Origin: an uncultured Gemmatimonadales bacterium
GTDB lineage: Bacteria; Gemmatimonadota; Gemmatimonadetes; Gemmatimonadales; GWC2-71-9
Length of the DNA stretch: 14,916 nucleotides
Assembly (NCBI GenBank): GCA_963779755.1
Contig: CAVZZO010000002.1
Coordinates: 1 to 14,916, forward strand
Direction of reading: 5' to 3'
This document shows, piece after piece, positions 9,749-14,916 of this stretch. Both the position numbers and the translations under genes were made by a program. The notes beneath the pieces were generated by a model. That model had not been told where the DNA came from and made no database searches. It saw nothing but the letters and a program-made list of their open reading frames with translations. Within the stretch, counting starts at the first letter, position 1; every line of letters starts with the position of its first letter.

Positions 9749-9768
9749 GGACTAAGGACTAAGGACTA
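9741..9768 (+). repeat. Heptamer tandem repeat (AGGACTA)3 preceded by a variant AGGAGTG
   Basis: AGGAGTG AGGACTA AGGACTA AGGACTA read directly. Confidence 0.85.
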
Positions 9769-9814
9769 AGCGGAAGGTTTGACCATCCGACCAGAGGAGA
9801 AGCAGGGGACGCAC

Positions 9815-10633
9815 GTGGCTACGCTCTATGTGCTGGGATCCGGCTCGAAGGGGAACTGCTTTGCGGTGGAGGCGGATGGGGCGGTGCTGCTCATCGACGC
9901 CGGCCTGAGTTGCCGGGAGATCGAACGGCGGGCAGAGGCGGTGGGCCTGCGCCTCGACGGCATCGCCGGCGTGGTCCTGACGCACGAGCATGGGGATCAC
10001 TGCGCCGGCGTTCCGCGGTTCGTCCAGCGGCGCAGGATTCCCGTATACACCTCGGCGGGGACGTGGCGTTGCCTGGCGTCGCGCTGCACCGAAGGCACCC
10101 GGCACGAGCCGCTGCAGGCCCGCTCGGCGGTGCGCTGCGGCGGGTTCCGGATCGAGTGCGCCCCCACCAGCCACGACGCCGCCGAGCCGCTTGCCCTCAT
10201 GGTGGAAACCCCGGCCGGGCAGCGCATCGGTGTCGCCTACGACCTCGGCCGTCCCACGGCCGCCGTGCGGTACCTGCTGCGCGACGCCACGGCCCTCATC
10301 CTCGAGGCCAACCACGACGACGTGCTGCTGCGAACCAGCGGCTACCCGCCGGTGGTGCAGCAGCGCATCGCCGGGTCGGGGGGGCACCTCTCCAACCGGA
10401 TCGCCGCCGAGCTGCTGCTGGAACTGCTGCATCCCGCGCTGGGTCTGGTGGTTCTGGTACACCTGAGCGAGCGCTGCAATTCGGCGGAGCACGCCCGGGC
10501 GGCGGTCGCCCCGCCGCTCGCCGCCGCCGGATTCCGTGGCAGCCTCCATGTGGCTCGGCAGGACGAACCGCTGGCGCCGCTGGCGTTGCGGGCAGGCTCC
10601 CGGGCGCCGGCCCTGCCGAGCCTGTGGGATTGA
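9815..10633 (+). CDS. MBL-fold metallo-hydrolase, YycJ/WalJ-like
   Basis: VLGSGSKGN, LLIDAGLS, THEHGDH, SHDAAEP, LEANHD, GHLSN, HLSERCN. GTG 9815 inferred as start. Confidence 0.9.
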   Translation: MATLYVLGSGSKGNCFAVEADGAVLLIDAGLSCREIERRAEAVGLRLDGIAGVVLTHEHGDHCAGVPRFVQRRRIPVYTSAGTWRCLASRCTEGTRHEPLQARSAVRCGGFRIECAPTSHDAAEPLALMVETPAGQRIGVAYDLGRPTAAVRYLLRDATALILEANHDDVLLRTSGYPPVVQQRIAGSGGHLSNRIAAELLLELLHPALGLVVLVHLSERCNSAEHARAAVAPPLAAAGFRGSLHVARQDEPLAPLALRAGSRAPALPSLWD

Positions 10634-10635
10634 TG

Positions 10636-10761
10636 GCAACCGGGAGTTCCCGGCCGGTTGCTTCGCTCCTCAGACCCGCTCGAAGGCTATGCCCGCTCCG
10701 GGGTTTGACTGCCCGCTGGGCGGCTCAATCCCCCCGGGCCAGGGACTCCATGCTCCTGGCC
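10636..10761. repeat. Cluster of three GC-rich hairpins between the MBL gene and the cassette array
   Basis: GCAACCGG/CCGGTTGC (10636-10661); CCGGGG-TTGA-CTGCCC/GGGCGG-TCAA-CCCCGG (10698-10737, imperfect); GGCCAGG/CCTGGCC (10737-10761). Confidence 0.6.
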
Positions 10762-10777
10762 ATGACGTCCGGTTCCC

Positions 10778-10793
10778 CATATGCCTGTCAGGC
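10778..10793 (-). other. Truncated attC remnant (R'' box, 5-nt spacer, start of L'')
   Basis: Minus strand reads GCGCA-GCCTGAC-AGGCA-TATG. GCGCAGCCTGAC is complementary at 11/12 positions to the start of the same cassette (GTTAGGCTGCGC, minus 11392-11381). No L' or R' found downstream. Confidence 0.65.
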
Positions 10794-10835
10794 TGCGCGA
10801 GTCATGCGTCCCCTTGTTTGCACAGCGCCACACGA

Positions 10836-11339
10836 CTAGAACCACCGTAGCCGTGTCATTTCGCCAGAGGCGACGAGATCGCGGTATCCTCCATCCGTAA
10901 TGGTGAACGCTATCTTCCGAAGATCAGAGCTAAGAACAAAACTATGTGTGAAGTTGATGGAGAGGTCTGTCACATCATAAGTGATGAACCTGCCAGAAAT
11001 GAACGTATCGAACCATGAAGTGCCTCTGACCTTCAGGTCGACAACCGTCCCAGAGAGTGCAGCATCGATGGTCGCCTTACTCCCACCGACTTGCGATGAG
11101 CCCATCCCAGATACGCTTTGGCTGTTACCGAACGTTAGCCAGCCTACATAACCGATAGGTACGAATCCCGGCACCTGCGTGAATCTACCTCCGTCGATAG
11201 GATCCTGTTGGACGTATGCCCCAAGTTGGGGGACAGCCTTTGAGGCCTTGTATTGCGGGTCGGCCCTCAGGAAGCCGGAATAGGAATACATGTAGGTGCC
11301 ACGCAAATACCGGTCTGGGCTTCCGAATGGCAGGATCAT
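10836..11339 (-). CDS. Hypothetical beta-rich protein (gene cassette)
   Basis: 167 aa from ATG 11339 with GAGG upstream; visibly lower GC than the housekeeping block; lies between an attC R' box and the R'' remnant. Confidence 0.75.
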   Translation of the reverse strand: MILPFGSPDRYLRGTYMYSYSGFLRADPQYKASKAVPQLGAYVQQDPIDGGRFTQVPGFVPIGYVGWLTFGNSQSVSGMGSSQVGGSKATIDAALSGTVVDLKVRGTSWFDTFISGRFITYDVTDLSINFTHSFVLSSDLRKIAFTITDGGYRDLVASGEMTRLRWF

Positions 11340-11385
11340 AGTGAACGTCGCCTCGGGGTGAAAACGGCCGCGTGGCAAGTGCGCA

Positions 11386-12097
<712 letters not shown>

Positions 12098-12132
12098 CAG
12101 AGTTGTCCGGCAACATGGGTAACACTCTGGGG

Positions 12133-13281
12133 CTACCCGCGAATGATATAGTCTCGTTCATCGAGCTTGGCTAGGAGGACGGTGTTGAAGTAGATCGACC
12201 AGACTCCATTATCGGATTCCTCCAAGCCAATGTGGTGGTGGGTCAAGCTCTGGGCAATGAAGAGCAGGCGGTGCTGGAAGCGGAAGGTGCCGCCGGTGGT
12301 GATCTTCTTGACGAGGTAGTGTCCTGGGTATTCCTGGGGTGGGAGGACGCGGGGATACGGGCGCGGGGAGGGGCGGTACTGGGATGCCGGGGTCTGGCCC
12401 CCGAGGGTATCATGGGGCCGCTCCTCGTTGTATTCGGTGCGAAAGCGATTGAAGGCGCGCTGCTGGGCGGCCGCATTGTCCCGCGGGGGGCCGGATGGCG
12501 CTCCGCTTGAGGGTCCGATGCATCCGTTCGTGCGCGCCATTCTGCTGGGGTCGCCTGGGTGGATCCGCTGGTGCTGGATGCCGAGGCGCATCCACCAGAC
12601 ATTGAGCTTCGAGAGCCCGTGGATGCCGGAGGTGGCGAAGGGCACCCCATTGTCGGTCCGAATGGCCCGAGGCAAGCCATAGGCCCGAAAGGCCCGCTCG
12701 AAGATCGCGCGAGCCGGCAGGCCATGAGTGGACGGAAGCCCGTGGCAGGTGAGCAGGTACCGGGTGTGCAGGTCCGCGATGGTGAGCGGGTAGCAGTAGA
12801 TCCCGTCCCGAGTCGTGAACTGGCCCTTGAAGTCCGCGGTCCAGAGGTCATTGGGCTCGTGCGTGGTCGGTGGGACCACACCCGGGTGCTGGTGGGGGCG
12901 TCGGCGGCGGCGCTTGACCAGGAGCCCCTGCCGGCTGAGCAGATCATTGACCGTGCTGACGGCGGGCCAGACGATACGAGGATGTCGAGGGGCGAGGTAG
13001 TCGAGTAGCTTCCCCGCGCCCCAGTCTGGGTGCTTTCGGCGGGTCGTGCAGAGCAGGTCGGCAAGCGCGTCGGAGATCCGATGTGGGCAGTGGTGAGGGG
13101 CGCGACTCTGGTCGGCCAGGGCCGGACGGCCCCCCTCCTCGAAGCGGGCCAGCCATTTGTAGCCGGTCTTCCGGCTGATACCATAGCGGGCGCAGAGCTC
13201 GGTGACAGGGTAGAGGCCCTGTCGGTAGTCGGCAATGAACTTGATACGCTGGTCCATGGGGACAGTCTCCAACCACGGCAT
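12133..13281 (-). CDS. IS481-family DDE transposase with two compensating frameshifts
   Basis: MPWLET start, HTH LCARYGISRKTGYKWLARF, WTADFKG, IRTDNGVPF, YNEERPH. The PQQNGAHERMHRTLK motif is present only in an alternative frame. Confidence 0.9.
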   Translation of the reverse strand: MPWLETVPMDQRIKFIADYRQGLYPVTELCARYGISRKTGYKWLARFEEGGRPALADQSRAPHHCPHRISDALADLLCTTRRKHPDWGAGKLLDYLAPRHPRIVWPAVSTVNDLLSRQGLLVKRRRRRPHQHPGVVPPTTHEPNDLWTADFKGQFTTRDGIYCYPLTIADLHTRYLLTCHGLPSTHGLPARAIFERAFRAYGLPRAIRTDNGVPFATSGIHGLSKLNVWWMRLGIQHQRIHPGDPSRMARTNGCIGPSSGAPSGPPRDNAAAQQRAFNRFRTEYNEERPHDTLGGQTPASQYRPSPRPYPRVLPPQEYPGHYLVKKITTGGTFRFQHRLLFIAQSLTHHHIGLEESDNGVWSIYFNTVLLAKLDERDYIIRG

Positions 13282-13384
13282 CGGTCCGACTCCCGTCGAA
13301 GGGGAAGACCAGCAGTTTAGGGGAAGTGTCACCCATGTTCCCGGACAGAAGTGTTACCTATGTACCCGGTTTGTACCGAGGACG

Positions 13385-13471
13385 ACCTAACACGCCAATG
13401 CAGCCGGCGAGCGCGCCAATGCTGCGCCTCTGGCGCGAGCGCGCTCGCGGCTGATTGGCACGCCGTTAGAC
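13385..13471 (+). other. Integron attC site (87 bp), opposite orientation to the other sites
   Basis: Plus strand: R'' ACCTAAC, 5-nt spacer ACGCC, L'' AATGCAGC (extra base at position 4), stem CG(G)CGAGCGCGC/GCGCGCTCGCG, L' GCTGATT, spacer GGCACGCC, R' GTTAGAC. Confidence 0.92.
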
Positions 13472-13475
13472 CGCG

Positions 13476-14030
13476 TCAAGTGACAATTGGCGGCAAGAAA
13501 TAGTGATCCACCTCTACGGTCACACGATCGATGAATTCGGCGACATCAAGAATGGATGCGCTATCCAAGATCTCGGCGTCGGTGTACAATCCTCGCTTCA
13601 TCTTAGCCGACCTCTTGAAGCGCAGCGCTGCATCAGGCCTCACATCGTCGGGTTCCCAATTTGAGTGAAGAAGACGATTGCGGAGTTCCTCCGCCTGAAA
13701 GCACTTTGCGACAATCCCGGCCCACGTCGCGTCAGCAGTGCGCACTGACCTTGGGGCGATCCTTTCCTCAGCAGGCATTCTAAGGAGGGAAGTGAGGAGG
13801 TGGAGTTTCTGTTTGAACGGCAACTCGGCAGCAACGCTCTCTCCCGCCACCTCGCCAGCTCGTAACTCGTGGGCAATCGACCGCGACAGGGAACGTTCGA
13901 GACTCGCAAAGGACAAAACCACTAGCCCGAGAGCGGCCGGGATTTCTGTGGGCGCGCCAGCTCGCGCTTCGAAGGTCTTCCCCGAGTCGATGCCATCATT
14001 GATGCCGGATGGTGGTATGGCCATTCGCAT
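13476..14030 (-). CDS. Hypothetical protein with RxxxxH motif, HEPN-like (gene cassette)
   Basis: 184 aa; AAGGAG immediately before ATG 14030; helical-looking segments LGLVVLSFASLERSL and ELPFKQKLHLL; motif LRNRLLHSNW; bounded by attC core boxes. Confidence 0.75.
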   Translation of the reverse strand: MRMAIPPSGINDGIDSGKTFEARAGAPTEIPAALGLVVLSFASLERSLSRSIAHELRAGEVAGESVAAELPFKQKLHLLTSLLRMPAEERIAPRSVRTADATWAGIVAKCFQAEELRNRLLHSNWEPDDVRPDAALRFKRSAKMKRGLYTDAEILDSASILDVAEFIDRVTVEVDHYFLPPIVT

Positions 14031-14048
14031 CTCCTTACTTACGACGCG

Positions 14049-14114
14049 GGCTAACGCCTTGCCGATAAGCTGCGGGCGCCGCAGGCGACCGGCAGCCTCA
14101 TCGGCTCGTCAGGC
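14049..14114 (-). other. Integron attC site (66 bp)
   Basis: Minus strand: R'' GCCTGAC (contains the mazF stop), 5-nt spacer GAGCC, L'' GATGAGGC, L' GCTTATC, spacer GGCAAGGC, R' GTTAGCC. Confidence 0.9.
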
Positions 14115-14447
14115 ACCAAGTATCTCGTTCAGGCCTTCGAGTACCTGGGCCATTTCCTCGGGGGAGGCCCGCCCGAGGCGCTTCCCGATACGCTCCGTCG
14201 CGAGGGTCCGAATCTGGCTGATCTTCACCCAGGACCGCCTCGGTAACCGCGGCGCGACCAGTTCCAGCGTGAGCGGGAATCCGGCTCGCTGGGGCTGACT
14301 CGTCAAGGCGACCGCGATCACCGTGCCGGAGCGCGCGTTGAAAATGTCGTGGCTGAGGATCAACACGGGGCGCTGGCCGGTCTGCTCCCTGCCCCGGGTG
14401 GGGTTGAGATCCGCCCAGCGGATCTCACCTCTCAGTATTCCGGCCAT
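14109..14447 (-). CDS. mazF: PemK/MazF-family toxin
   Basis: From ATG 14447: ILRGEIRWADLNPTRGREQTGQRPVLILSHDIFN, VALTSQ, SWVKISQIRTL. Confidence 0.93.
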   Translation of the reverse strand: MAGILRGEIRWADLNPTRGREQTGQRPVLILSHDIFNARSGTVIAVALTSQPQRAGFPLTLELVAPRLPRRSWVKISQIRTLATERIGKRLGRASPEEMAQVLEGLNEILGA

Positions 14448-14674
14448 GCCGCCGCGTCCGAGCCAAGGCCTTCCTCGGCGAGGGCCCGCTCGGCTGCCGG
14501 ATCGAGCTTGCCGCACTCTTCGGCCAACCGACGCCCCTCGAGGCGTTCGAGCTGAGCGGCCACCGCCGCCTCAATCGCCTGACTTCGGTTGGGATAGCGA
14601 GCGTCGCGCACCAACCGATCGACGCGGCGGACCGTTTGGGTATCGAGCGTGACGGCGACTTTGGTCTTGGCCAT
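14432..14674 (-). CDS. Ribbon-helix-helix antitoxin
   Basis: KTKVAVTLD...VDRLV...NRSQAIEAAV RHH pattern, acidic C-terminus, GGAGG RBS, 16-nt overlap with mazF. Confidence 0.9.
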   Translation of the reverse strand: MAKTKVAVTLDTQTVRRVDRLVRDARYPNRSQAIEAAVAAQLERLEGRRLAEECGKLDPAAERALAEEGLGSDAAAWPEY

Positions 14675-14684
14675 GGGTACCTCC

Positions 14685-14719
14685 GGTATGATGATAAGTC
14701 ATACCCCCAATCATCGCAA
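14685..14719 (-). promoter_or_regulatory. Putative promoter and palindromic operator of the RHH/mazF operon
   Basis: Minus strand TTGCGA (14719-14714), 17 nt, TATCAT (14696-14691), overlapped by the inverted repeat GGTATGA-N7-TCATACC (14685-14705). Confidence 0.7.
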
Positions 14720-14783
14720 GCTGCGCCGGAGCTGACCTGGCGTGGCGGCCGGGTTGTCGGGAGGACATTGAGGTCGGACTGGT

Positions 14784-14916
14784 GTCTAACGAAGTGCGCG
14801 TGTGCTGCGGCGCGAACCCGCGCCCCTTCACAAACCTACGCTTCCACAGCTCGACCGCTAGATCGCCGGGAGATGCGCCGCCAGCCCGCGCGACCGGCCC
14901 GTCAGAACGACGCGCG
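14784..14916 (-). other. Long integron attC site, R'' end cut by window edge
   Basis: Minus strand: L'' CGTCGTTC, L' GCACACG, spacer CGCACTTC, R' GTTAGAC; interior similar to the attC at 11386-11525. Confidence 0.85.

Noticed and set aside
10636..10761. tRNA or known ncRNA
   Set aside because: No cloverleaf, T-loop or CCA pattern recognised; only generic hairpins.
12243..13235. 330-aa alternative-frame ORF within the IS
   Set aside because: Ser/Pro/Ala-rich off-frame product with no conserved features.
14448..14516. Upstream extension of mazF
   Set aside because: Overlaps the antitoxin; family similarity begins at MAGILRGEI (ATG 14447).

Overview
High-GC bacterial DNA in two parts; gene order and content suggest Gemmatimonadota (inference only). 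Bases 1-10633 are housekeeping. On the minus strand runs lipoprotein - serS - sensor kinase - pcrA/uvrD - gatC (1-nt frameshift) - gatA (cut by the window edge). On the plus strand runs roadblock/LC7 - mannose-1-P guanylyltransferase - GlmU-like transferase - YycJ-like MBL hydrolase. Bases ~10780-14916 are an integron gene-cassette array with no integrase in the window: three complete attC sites, one cut by the right edge and one truncated remnant. The cassettes are a beta-rich unknown gene, a brnT/brnA-like toxin-antitoxin pair, an RxxxxH (HEPN-like) unknown gene and an RHH-antitoxin/MazF pair. The array reads on the minus strand, but the brnTA cassette and its attC are inverted and appear to have integrated into the R'' box of a neighbouring attC. 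An IS481-family element then inserted into a small palindrome at the 3' end of brnA. Two long attC sites share a conserved, promoter-like internal segment.
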